Positions 38,556-46,974 of a stretch of 57,089 nucleotides of DNA are shown piece after piece. The notes under the pieces are model-generated. The model was not told the DNA's origin. It saw only the letters and a program-made list of their open reading frames with translations, and did not search any database. Position numbers and translations under genes: made by a program. This DNA comes from a virus. The DNA is taken from the IMG/VR virus record IMGVR_UViG_3300025867_000001; one strand, given 5' to 3'. The stretch's first letter is position 1, and each line of letters opens with the position of its first letter.

Positions 38556-40433
38556 TTAGCCCTCTATTTTCGGAATAATCTCGAGCTTCCAGTAAACAAT
38601 AGCGGAATGCGGCATAGTCAAAGCGCCAGAGCACCGAGTCTCGATGAGGTACTTATACTGGTTGAAGTCGATGTCGAAGTCGTCGAACATGGCTACATTG
38701 CCGCCTTTATCGGCACCGAGAGCATAGTCGCCCATATTAACCGAAATTCCTATAAGGCGCTTCTGGATACCCGTAGCAGATTCAGTAGCCGGAGTGACCA
38801 CCACAACCGTATTTTCCATTACCGGAACTTCAACAATCTCTTTCGCACGAAGTCCAGCGGCCAGGTCGTTTTCAGTATTATAAAGACGACGGCCCGTGCT
38901 GTCTTTTATCAGAAGCATATCGCCAGAGACGTCGGGGGTTGTGAAGAATGTCGGAACGCCGGTACCTTTATACTGCTTGCGACCAAGGATAATTTTGTCG
39001 ATAAGCTGAGCAGTTGTGGCATCTGCAGCAATTTCAACCGGAACAGCATAAAGCGGATCATCCGTCGCAATAGGACGAACTTTGTCCTCTTTTATCTTAT
39101 CGTCCGATGAGGGATCGCGGCCGTCGCTGACCAACTGTGCCCGAGCAATTTCCTCTTCGAGCATCATCCGCATCTCGGCGCGAAGCCAAACGACGACATC
39201 AAAATCGGTTATGTCAATAATGTCATCGCGATCCAGCTTCTGTTTCTTGTATATGGTCTGAGGATCGGTGGTTCTCTTAAGAAGGGTGATTACCTCTTCC
39301 TTTTTACGATTGCCGGTTATGTAACCACGCGCACGAGCCTCGTCGGCCGTTATGTCTGCAAGAAGGGTCTTAATGCGGGAGAAAGGCACATGCTTTGCTC
39401 CGCCGAAAACTTTGGAAACCCATTCAGTATCTCTTTTTATGAATGCCGGAGTCGAAGATAATGTTCTGTAATCCGGGAAGAGATAACCAATGTTCTCGAT
39501 TCCATAGGGTTCGGGCGCGTCATCATGCTTTAAAGACTTCGCAGGCGCGTAACCCTCATAGGCTACATAAGCATCTGCAATGGTCTCATAGCCGTGAGCC
39601 AGGAATGCATTTTTTAAAGTGGACTGGGACTGACGAGCCTCCGTAAAGATAGTACGAAGTTCATCGCGAGTAAGGGCCCCCGACTTAGGAGCATCGGTGT
39701 TCCCTTTGTCAAAAACATTTTTCTTCATGCTTGATTCTCCTTCAATATTAGTATGTGTAACATTTGTGTCATCGTTCGCCTCGAGAGCATTTGATATAAG
39801 GGCATATACTACTGTTTTCTGTTTGTCCGTCAGTGTATCAAAAACGTCGCCGAGCGTTTCGTCTTCGGGTGTTTTTGCAGCAGCATGACTAACCGGTTTA
39901 TCTTCAGTAACAGTAGTAGCAACAGGAGGAGTCTCGACCTTGTCGGGCTCAGGAAGTTCGACGGAATCATTTAAAAACGCTCCAGCACAAATAATAGCTT
40001 CGGTCTCATCCGTTGCGATTGACCCATCACTATGCTCAAATGCCAGATTGTCAATGTACGCCTCGGGATTGGCGCCGGCGATTACCAACGAAACTTCGCA
40101 AATAACCCCATGGATCACATTTTTGGATTTCTCGACCAATGAGTTTGCATAAATACTCAGTGCCGAAATATCTCCATGCTGAACCAAAGCCTTTGCCGTC
40201 TTCCCGGAATCCGTATCATTTAATGAGCAATACGCGTATACGCCATCTTTTCTGTTTTCAAGCGTTGCGTGCCCAAGAATATTCTTTGGATCCTTATGCA
40301 TGTGCTGATAAACAAGCGGAACGGTTTTTCCGTCACTATCCTGGAATGCATCCTGGAGGATTGTTCGGCCATCCGAACATTTTAAACCGACTTTAGTAGC
40401 ATACCCACTAAAATCAAACTTTTTATCTTTCAT
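38556..40433 (-). CDS. Prohead serine protease (HK97/S78-like) fused in frame to an HK97-fold major capsid protein.
   Basis: N-terminal part: VPLVYQHMHKDPKNILGH...ISALSIYAN...CEVSLVIAGANPEAYI. The C-terminal ~390 aa are capsid-like. An internal in-frame ATG 39728 follows GAAGGAGAA. Confidence 0.7.
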   Translation of the reverse strand: MKDKKFDFSGYATKVGLKCSDGRTILQDAFQDSDGKTVPLVYQHMHKDPKNILGHATLENRKDGVYAYCSLNDTDSGKTAKALVQHGDISALSIYANSLVEKSKNVIHGVICEVSLVIAGANPEAYIDNLAFEHSDGSIATDETEAIICAGAFLNDSVELPEPDKVETPPVATTVTEDKPVSHAAAKTPEDETLGDVFDTLTDKQKTVVYALISNALEANDDTNVTHTNIEGESSMKKNVFDKGNTDAPKSGALTRDELRTIFTEARQSQSTLKNAFLAHGYETIADAYVAYEGYAPAKSLKHDDAPEPYGIENIGYLFPDYRTLSSTPAFIKRDTEWVSKVFGGAKHVPFSRIKTLLADITADEARARGYITGNRKKEEVITLLKRTTDPQTIYKKQKLDRDDIIDITDFDVVVWLRAEMRMMLEEEIARAQLVSDGRDPSSDDKIKEDKVRPIATDDPLYAVPVEIAADATTAQLIDKIILGRKQYKGTGVPTFFTTPDVSGDMLLIKDSTGRRLYNTENDLAAGLRAKEIVEVPVMENTVVVVTPATESATGIQKRLIGISVNMGDYALGADKGGNVAMFDDFDIDFNQYKYLIETRCSGALTMPHSAIVYWKLEIIPKIEG

Positions 40434-41667
40434 CTGTGTTCTCTCCTTCGTCTTTAATGGTAGACTGTTTCTTGGGTGTGTACTCCGGCATATTTCGATT
40501 CCCTAGCTCATCGGCTTGCTTCTCGGAGCTGGGTTTAATACCTATGACTTGCCTAAGTTCATTCGGTGTCAATATTGCATTCCGACTAAGCGCATCGGCT
40601 ATCTCGGCCATTTCGGTAACCGGAGTTAACCGGAACATGTCACGGAAGCCCATAATTGTATGCCCTTGACTCCTGGCGGTCTTCGTCAAAAATTTGCGAC
40701 GAAATTCTTCAATAATCACGGTAACGATAGGCTCAATCGTTCGGTCATAGTAATTCCGAAGGGCCTGCGCAGTTGCCTTACCAGTAAAAATATCTTCGGT
40801 TATCCCTAACTGGTTGTATAGCATTTGCGTTAAATATTGAACCTGCGCTAACAAGTTATTTTCGCTCGGCCGATTCAGCTGAGTGATTCTCTCAGTACCA
40901 TCTGTATAGGCGATTCCATAACGAGAACCTTTTAACTGGCTCTCAATAGCTTTGCGCCGTTCCTCCGCCTGTTTTTGACGGGCCTCAGATTTGATAACAT
41001 AAGGTAACTGAATAATCAAGTCTAGTTTGCCAGAGCTTGACTGCTCATCGACTGCGTCCAGCATATTCAGTTTCCTGATCAAACGCTGTAAAGTCGAATT
41101 TGGTTCATTCATTATTGCATACAATGGGTTTTCAATAATGGCGACCATTACTTTTGGAACAATTATCTGTTCACGGTGCCCTATTTGATCGTTGTATAAT
41201 TCAACGCGGATATGGTTCGGATACCATTCCACAATTTTGCCAACACGCATTGAATCAATAGTATAGCTTCCGCTTAGTAACGGAGAAATATCAGTCTCAA
41301 CAGGAACAACCGCGACACATCCCTCATCAAACATACTCATGCAAATATCTTGTATGAATACGCGTCCGGTCTGGTCCTTATTCGCTTCAACCGTCATCCG
41401 CTGATTTAAGGAATCATTAACTGTCTCAGAATAACGACCATTACCATCTATTTTGACATGATATATGTCAAAACTCGCAACATCGAGTGCCATTCGATTA
41501 TATACGCTTGTAATGATTGAGCGTTCGTTTCCGCGGGAGAATCGAGGGTACATCGGAGACACACTAGACCCATATCCCAAGTCTTTGTATGAATACCCGT
41601 CAGTCTCATCTCGCGCCCGGAACGCACTCCAGGCGTGTTTTATTCGAGTTGTTAAAGTTTCAGCCAT
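40423..41667 (-). CDS. Portal protein.
   Basis: 414 aa, positioned between the terminase block and the protease-capsid gene, with an acidic C-terminal tail. Confidence 0.6.
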   Translation of the reverse strand: MAETLTTRIKHAWSAFRARDETDGYSYKDLGYGSSVSPMYPRFSRGNERSIITSVYNRMALDVASFDIYHVKIDGNGRYSETVNDSLNQRMTVEANKDQTGRVFIQDICMSMFDEGCVAVVPVETDISPLLSGSYTIDSMRVGKIVEWYPNHIRVELYNDQIGHREQIIVPKVMVAIIENPLYAIMNEPNSTLQRLIRKLNMLDAVDEQSSSGKLDLIIQLPYVIKSEARQKQAEERRKAIESQLKGSRYGIAYTDGTERITQLNRPSENNLLAQVQYLTQMLYNQLGITEDIFTGKATAQALRNYYDRTIEPIVTVIIEEFRRKFLTKTARSQGHTIMGFRDMFRLTPVTEMAEIADALSRNAILTPNELRQVIGIKPSSEKQADELGNRNMPEYTPKKQSTIKDEGENTDER

Positions 41668-41669
41668 AT

Positions 41670-42155
41670 TTATCCTCCACGCTCTCGCATAAGATTCTCT
41701 TGCTTATAAGCAACTTTACCAGTTTTGAATACTCCGCGTTTCAATTGGTCCATATCATAGCCGGCATCTGCAACAGCTGTATGGACGCCAATTTGTCCAC
41801 GTTTCGCCACAAATCTGAGAACCCTGCCAGATGGCGCTTTATACTTATCTGAAACTTTTTCGTTCATTAAACTTGCCAATTTGTTATTGTACTGGAGAAT
41901 CGTCTTAGATGAAATTTTTCCATTTGGCGTATACGACATATCCAATTGAGTTTGAATGAATTGATTCATATCTTTTGAAACTGTCTTTTGTACTTTGACC
42001 TTAACCTTTTCTCCTTTGGTTTCTGCCCAACGATTGTCTTTTTTATCAAGTCGAGCCTGACCTCTGGGAGTAAGACTTCCATCAGGATTTTGATACCGAC
42101 GAATACCCCATTTTTGGCCTAAGATACCGAAATGTTGGAGGACGGTTTGATTCAT
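41670..42155 (-). CDS. Hypothetical protein carrying the shared HFGILGQKWGIRRYQNPDGSLTPRG N-terminal motif (paralog set member 3).
   Basis: The motif is at aa 7-32. The gene lies between TerL and portal. Confidence 0.7.
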   Translation of the reverse strand: MNQTVLQHFGILGQKWGIRRYQNPDGSLTPRGQARLDKKDNRWAETKGEKVKVKVQKTVSKDMNQFIQTQLDMSYTPNGKISSKTILQYNNKLASLMNEKVSDKYKAPSGRVLRFVAKRGQIGVHTAVADAGYDMDQLKRGVFKTGKVAYKQENLMRERGG

Positions 42156-42167
42156 AATATGCCCTCC

Positions 42168-42806
42168 TTATTCTTTTGGCTTATCTTTTAATGCGGCGAT
42201 TAATTTATCTGTAAATATTTTTGAGACTCCAACCAATAAACCTTTTCCCGCCTCGGTAAGCCCTTGCTTTAAAATATCTTTTCCGATTTGTTTCACGAAC
42301 GATTCACCAGTCTCGGTCTCTGCCTTGGTCAAATCCCGATAGGATTTTTCCAGCTGTAATCGCTCGTTCAAGCGTTTAAGTTCAGCATTGGATAAGCCTT
42401 TAGTCGCATTACCCCTAGATATTTGGGACTCCAGATGATCCTCTGAGGGGGTTGTTTCTTCCCGCTCTCGTTTTTTACCCTCCGAGGTCCGTGTTCCATC
42501 TTTATTTTGAAACCGACGGATCCCCCATTTCTGGCCTAAAATCCCGAAATGATAAAGTTGATTAATTGGTGTTTGCGTATCGATTTCAAAAGGCTTCTCG
42601 TATGTATCCCGCTCTCCAGAATTACGTTTCATGGTCCGAATAAGATCTTGGAGTTCTCTTTCGTTTCTGAGACGCTCCGCCATTTTGTATAATTCCTTCA
42701 TAGATAGATCGGAAATTGCTTTTGATTTGTCTGGTTCCTGTTCTATCTGTGGGCCTGAAACCTCATTAGAATACTCGTCCCAATGCCGGATTAGTTTGTT
42801 TGCCAT
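42168..42806 (-). CDS. Hypothetical protein carrying the shared motif internally (paralog set member 2).
   Basis: ATG 42806 follows GAGAGGAGG. HFGILGQKWGIRRFQNKDGTRTSEG follows an ~85-aa leader. Confidence 0.7.
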   Translation of the reverse strand: MANKLIRHWDEYSNEVSGPQIEQEPDKSKAISDLSMKELYKMAERLRNERELQDLIRTMKRNSGERDTYEKPFEIDTQTPINQLYHFGILGQKWGIRRFQNKDGTRTSEGKKREREETTPSEDHLESQISRGNATKGLSNAELKRLNERLQLEKSYRDLTKAETETGESFVKQIGKDILKQGLTEAGKGLLVGVSKIFTDKLIAALKDKPKE

Positions 42807-42829
42807 ACTGGACCTCCTCTCATAGTTAT

Positions 42830-43603
42830 TCAAACCCCCTGTTTCTTTAACCATTTCTTAGCTTTTTCTAATGCCGGTATATTTAAAGAAAGCTCATAAA
42901 GAGCGGCATTATACAATCGACCATCAATTTTTTCAATAGGGGATGAAGATATCTTTAAAGATGATTTATCGAGTGCTATTACACTTGGGCGTCTTACCTC
43001 CTTAGAAGAAGCATTCAGGGAATTAAAATCCAAAGCTACATTATAACCTTCTTTTTTATATGCCGATCCAATCTTCGCTGACATATCGCGATTAGTCGCT
43101 GCCTTAGTCATAACATCCTTCGCCATCTGAGATTTTTGTGCTGGAGTGAACGAATCGTAGGGCTTGCTTTTGACAAGATTCTGAAAATACTCATCATTTT
43201 GTATTCCAGCCTTGTTTGTTATATCTATGGCTTTATCAATAGATGGAATTTTTAAAGGCTTAGTGGCTTCAAGTTCAACGGCATATGTTTGTTTATTTGA
43301 AGCGTCTGTCATGGTTACAACATAATAACTATTTTCTGACGGCAACAATGAAGCATAAGTTCTCTCGCCAATTGGAACGCTGTAGTCATCTTCATAGACT
43401 CGATAAAGGTTAGTCCCCGAATCTAATGTTACGTCTTCTTTCTGAAGCTTATCATAAACATTTAGCATCGCTTTTTCGTTTTTTAAACGCTTTCCTAATG
43501 GGGTTAACGAACCATCTTTATTTTGATACTTTCGAACTCCCCATTGCATTCCGAGAACTCCATAATGTTTAAGCTCAGAATTTAATAAAATTGTTTGATT
43601 CAA
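42830..43603 (-). CDS. Hypothetical protein carrying the shared HYGVLGMQWGVRKYQNKDGSLTPLG N-terminal motif (paralog set member 1).
   Basis: The motif is at aa 13-37. The gene is immediately downstream of terL. Confidence 0.7.
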   Translation of the reverse strand: MNQTILLNSELKHYGVLGMQWGVRKYQNKDGSLTPLGKRLKNEKAMLNVYDKLQKEDVTLDSGTNLYRVYEDDYSVPIGERTYASLLPSENSYYVVTMTDASNKQTYAVELEATKPLKIPSIDKAIDITNKAGIQNDEYFQNLVKSKPYDSFTPAQKSQMAKDVMTKAATNRDMSAKIGSAYKKEGYNVALDFNSLNASSKEVRRPSVIALDKSSLKISSSPIEKIDGRLYNAALYELSLNIPALEKAKKWLKKQGV

Positions 43604-43624
43604 TTAATTCGACACCTCTCTCCT

Positions 43625-45370
43625 TTATTCAAAAGCCTCCTTATTTAATTTGTATGCAACATATGCATCTAATAACGCCGAAACTGCATCGATCTTTTCC
43701 TCCCGGTGTTTCTTCAGTAATTTGCGATTGCCATTTGTGTCTTCAATGGTAACGCAATTTCCCATAGTAAAAGAAAATAAAGATTGATCAAAACGTAAAA
43801 GACGTTCCTCTGACAGTTTTTTTATCTCGCCAAGTGGAACGGACTCCGTTTTAGCCCCCTGAATAACCTTCTCCAATCCATACTCACCGTTTTCTTTTTG
43901 CCATCTATTTACAAATTCCAGGGCATTATAAGGGTCGAAGCCAAAGCATCTGACATCATATCCAGAACCCTGGATGTAACGATCTAAGTCATCGTACACG
44001 GACATCATCTCCAATATGGCTCCATCCATGATCATTAGGGAACCTTCATTAATAAATTCGTCATACTTCTGCCTCATTGCCCCGGGAAGTTTCATTAGAG
44101 TTAATTCAGAAATATAGCAACGAGTCTTAATTCCGAAAGTATCTACGCCTAATGGGAAAAGAAATGTAAACGCACAGAAGTCATCCCCCTGAGACATATC
44201 CGCGCCTAATGCGCAAGGCAGACTCCAAAAGTCTTGACGCCTGTGGACCTGCGTTTCCTCATAAGTGAAGAAGTATGTATAACCTTCCATCGGCAGCCCG
44301 AATCGCTTGGCTAAAATATCGTTCCGAGTTGAAGGGGCATTCTCCGCCCTCTCGACGTCCAATTGATACGTCTCATATGACACGGTTTTTCCTAAATTAG
44401 GGTTTGCTTTGAGCCACCTATCAGGATTGCCAACTTCTTCTACTTTATCTAACCTATAGTACCAAATCGATACGTGGGGATTAATATATCTGCCATGCAA
44501 GATGTCTAACAATTCCATCTTCATTGTATCGCCAGCACTATTACGAATTGTTCCTTCAGAACTCGTACAAAGAATTAAGTAATCATCAACCTTCGATGCG
44601 CCCTGCTCGAGAGAGCCGACAACATCCTCGCGAATATCACCACTAAGCCATTCATCGACCGTCGAGATTTTTGGTCGCAGACCCTGAAGCTTGTCAATCG
44701 TCATAGGACGAACTTCAAGCAAAGACCCAGTTAAAAAATTCTCGATTCCTTTTTTGGTGGAGGCTAATTTGACACGATTTGTTCTGCTGCCCGTTGTATT
44801 AAATATGGAGCCCTCTGTTAAAAATTGTATTAATGGACCCCGTGCCCTCGTAATTGATGTCCTAATTGGAGACATCACTTCGTCGGCCTGACGCATTGTC
44901 GGAGCGGTAGTAATTTGGTGGGTAGTGCTGGTATCAACATTTAAGAAATAGTTTTGAATACAACTATCGTACATAGATTTGGCCGAACCACGAGCTATTA
45001 TAAGATACTGTTTGTTGATCAAGCGCTTTTTAACCATTTTGTTTTCATAACGACTTGGATTATCTTCAGTCTTAGGGATAAAGATTGAACGCTCGATAAA
45101 ATAATACCACCCAAAAATTTGCTCGGCCCATATCTTAAAAGAATCAAGCAAATGCAAATCGGAGCCATCGGTCAATGTTAACTCGTTCTCACAATATTTA
45201 ACAAATCCCTCAACGGCATCCTCATCATAGAACACTCCCGGATTTCGGATAAGCTCGTCAATACGATTCATTTCTAATGATATGTATTCATTAACAGGAA
45301 TTTGCCCTCTCAACACGGCTTCACGAAATTGGCCATAATACCGTGGAGTGGCCGTGTTAGATAATGCCAA
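43625..45370 (-). CDS. terL: Terminase large subunit.
   Basis: 581 aa with a Terminase_1-like layout. It follows the HNH and TerS-like genes and precedes portal. Confidence 0.75.
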   Translation of the reverse strand: MALSNTATPRYYGQFREAVLRGQIPVNEYISLEMNRIDELIRNPGVFYDEDAVEGFVKYCENELTLTDGSDLHLLDSFKIWAEQIFGWYYFIERSIFIPKTEDNPSRYENKMVKKRLINKQYLIIARGSAKSMYDSCIQNYFLNVDTSTTHQITTAPTMRQADEVMSPIRTSITRARGPLIQFLTEGSIFNTTGSRTNRVKLASTKKGIENFLTGSLLEVRPMTIDKLQGLRPKISTVDEWLSGDIREDVVGSLEQGASKVDDYLILCTSSEGTIRNSAGDTMKMELLDILHGRYINPHVSIWYYRLDKVEEVGNPDRWLKANPNLGKTVSYETYQLDVERAENAPSTRNDILAKRFGLPMEGYTYFFTYEETQVHRRQDFWSLPCALGADMSQGDDFCAFTFLFPLGVDTFGIKTRCYISELTLMKLPGAMRQKYDEFINEGSLMIMDGAILEMMSVYDDLDRYIQGSGYDVRCFGFDPYNALEFVNRWQKENGEYGLEKVIQGAKTESVPLGEIKKLSEERLLRFDQSLFSFTMGNCVTIEDTNGNRKLLKKHREEKIDAVSALLDAYVAYKLNKEAFE

Positions 45371-45373
45371 GGC

Positions 45374-45721
45374 TTACACCTCCTGAGGATTATGCTGGAC
45401 TTCTAACCGCCAATCGTACTCTTTGATTTGCTCCTCAATTGATTTAACAAGAAAAGAATTCTGGGGAGGATCAAAGAGAAGTCGAAGCCGTAAATAAACG
45501 ACATTCTTTATGAGCTCCAAATCTTGGCGCTCTCCAATAAAATCTTCCCATGTCTCAGTGTTACCCGTAATACTAAAACCAGCGGCTGGGCCAATACCCA
45601 GTTGGGTTAGAATCATCAGGACACCGTTGGTATGCATAATTAATTCTTGATCAAAGTTGAAATCACAGTCACTCAGTCCAATACCGAGCATCTGCTTAAC
45701 AGAATCTAATATACTAGTCAT
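45374..45721 (-). CDS. gp6-like head-tail connector family protein (pattern-based).
   Basis: Pattern: ILDSVKQMLGIGLSDCDFNFDQELIMHTNGVLMILTQLGI. Confidence 0.3.
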   Translation of the reverse strand: MTSILDSVKQMLGIGLSDCDFNFDQELIMHTNGVLMILTQLGIGPAAGFSITGNTETWEDFIGERQDLELIKNVVYLRLRLLFDPPQNSFLVKSIEEQIKEYDWRLEVQHNPQEV

Positions 45722-45733
45722 AGCGAATTCCTC

Positions 45734-46144
45734 TTACCATAGCCGTGTGTCCCCCTTTGTCCGTTCAACTGGCAAACGGAAAATATTTGATTCATTCCCA
45801 AAGTGTATAGCATTGTGAGTATCCAAAGATGTACAAATCAAAAATTCAGGATCTAATACATCGCCATTGCCTTGCTCGAGATCCTCGACCGCAATTGGAT
45901 TCATGTGATGAACTCGAACGTAGCCGTAAATATCCCTCCCGGCAATTCCGAGATCGCAAGACTGATCGCGAACTATCACATGATTACGAATTATCTTCCA
46001 TTGTCGGCTAGTGTAGAAATTTTGATTAATGTATCGGTCGAAACCGAATGTAGCGATCCCAATCTGTTTATTAAGTTGCAGATAACGGAATCGTTCTTCA
46101 AAAGTTTTGATCTGATTCAGCTCCGAGTAAGTTCTAATCGTCAT
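45734..46144 (-). CDS. HNH endonuclease, terminase-associated.
   Basis: RQWKIIRNHVIVRDQSCDL...VHHMNPI...HNAIH, adjacent to terS and terL. Confidence 0.8.
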   Translation of the reverse strand: MTIRTYSELNQIKTFEERFRYLQLNKQIGIATFGFDRYINQNFYTSRQWKIIRNHVIVRDQSCDLGIAGRDIYGYVRVHHMNPIAVEDLEQGNGDVLDPEFLICTSLDTHNAIHFGNESNIFRLPVERTKGDTRLW

Positions 46145-46475
46145 CTTCGTCTTCCTTCTCTGAACCAGAATATGATCTCATTGCGGCGAGAGCATTTGCG
46201 TAAAGTTCTTCAACCCGCTTCTGAGATTTTAAGGCTTCTGTCTTTGCGGTGATTAAATCTTTCTGGCGTTCAAGGATTTCGCGCTTAATATGATCCTCGG
46301 TGGAACCTCTTTTTACAAATTCAGTAATCAATTGTGAGGAGGCCGTTCCATCTCGGAGTTTTCTTTCAGCTAAATCGGTTGCTAATCGAATTAATTGGTT
46401 CTCTCTTGCTTCCGGGGTGCGAGCAGGAGGTAACTTTTTGTTCGTATCCTTACGCTTTGGTATATCTTGTGGCAT
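46134..46475 (-). CDS. Terminase small subunit-like protein.
   Basis: 113 aa; ENQLIRLATDLAERKLRDGTASSQLITEFVKRGS pattern followed by a coiled coil. It is the first gene of the packaging block. Confidence 0.5.
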   Translation of the reverse strand: MPQDIPKRKDTNKKLPPARTPEARENQLIRLATDLAERKLRDGTASSQLITEFVKRGSTEDHIKREILERQKDLITAKTEALKSQKRVEELYANALAAMRSYSGSEKEDEDDD

Positions 46476-46666
46476 ACTTGTGACCTCCTTTATATGGACT
46501 TTTGGGCCTCCACTTTTTAACCGGTTGAAGAAAAAGGAGACTGAAGATGCTCACCAACACCCTCTGTACCGAGACAAAACTTCAACCGATTAGAAAGCGA
46601 AGGCCCAAATATCACCCCCGGAGAATTTTTAAGGGCCCTGTCGATTTAAGGGGAGGGGTAATATTT

Positions 46667-46936
46667 TCATCCATCCCCCCCGGTCTCCAGACTTTCGACT
46701 GAAACTTTTTTATAAATTCCTAAAATATTTAGTTCAATAATTTCATTGATCGCGTTCTCAACGGCCTTTGCATAATCCGCAACAGATAAATCATCTGAAG
46801 TTATAGCAATCCGAGCCAGATACTCACACGTGAAGTACTTATGATCGGTGTCAAAACGCAGCCAATCATCCCACTGGGTGAATGGGTCGAATGGGTTATC
46901 AATCGTAGTTAGCATACAAATTTTTATTTTAATCAC
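46667..46936 (-). CDS. Hypothetical small protein.
   Basis: 89-aa ORF (start GTG 46936 or ATG 46915), with a TTIDNPFDPFTQWDDWLRFD pattern. Confidence 0.55.
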   Translation of the reverse strand: MIKIKICMLTTIDNPFDPFTQWDDWLRFDTDHKYFTCEYLARIAITSDDLSVADYAKAVENAINEIIELNILGIYKKVSVESLETGGDG

Positions 46937-46974
46937 CTCATTCCCCTATCTATTTTGTTTAACCCTCCCCTTAT

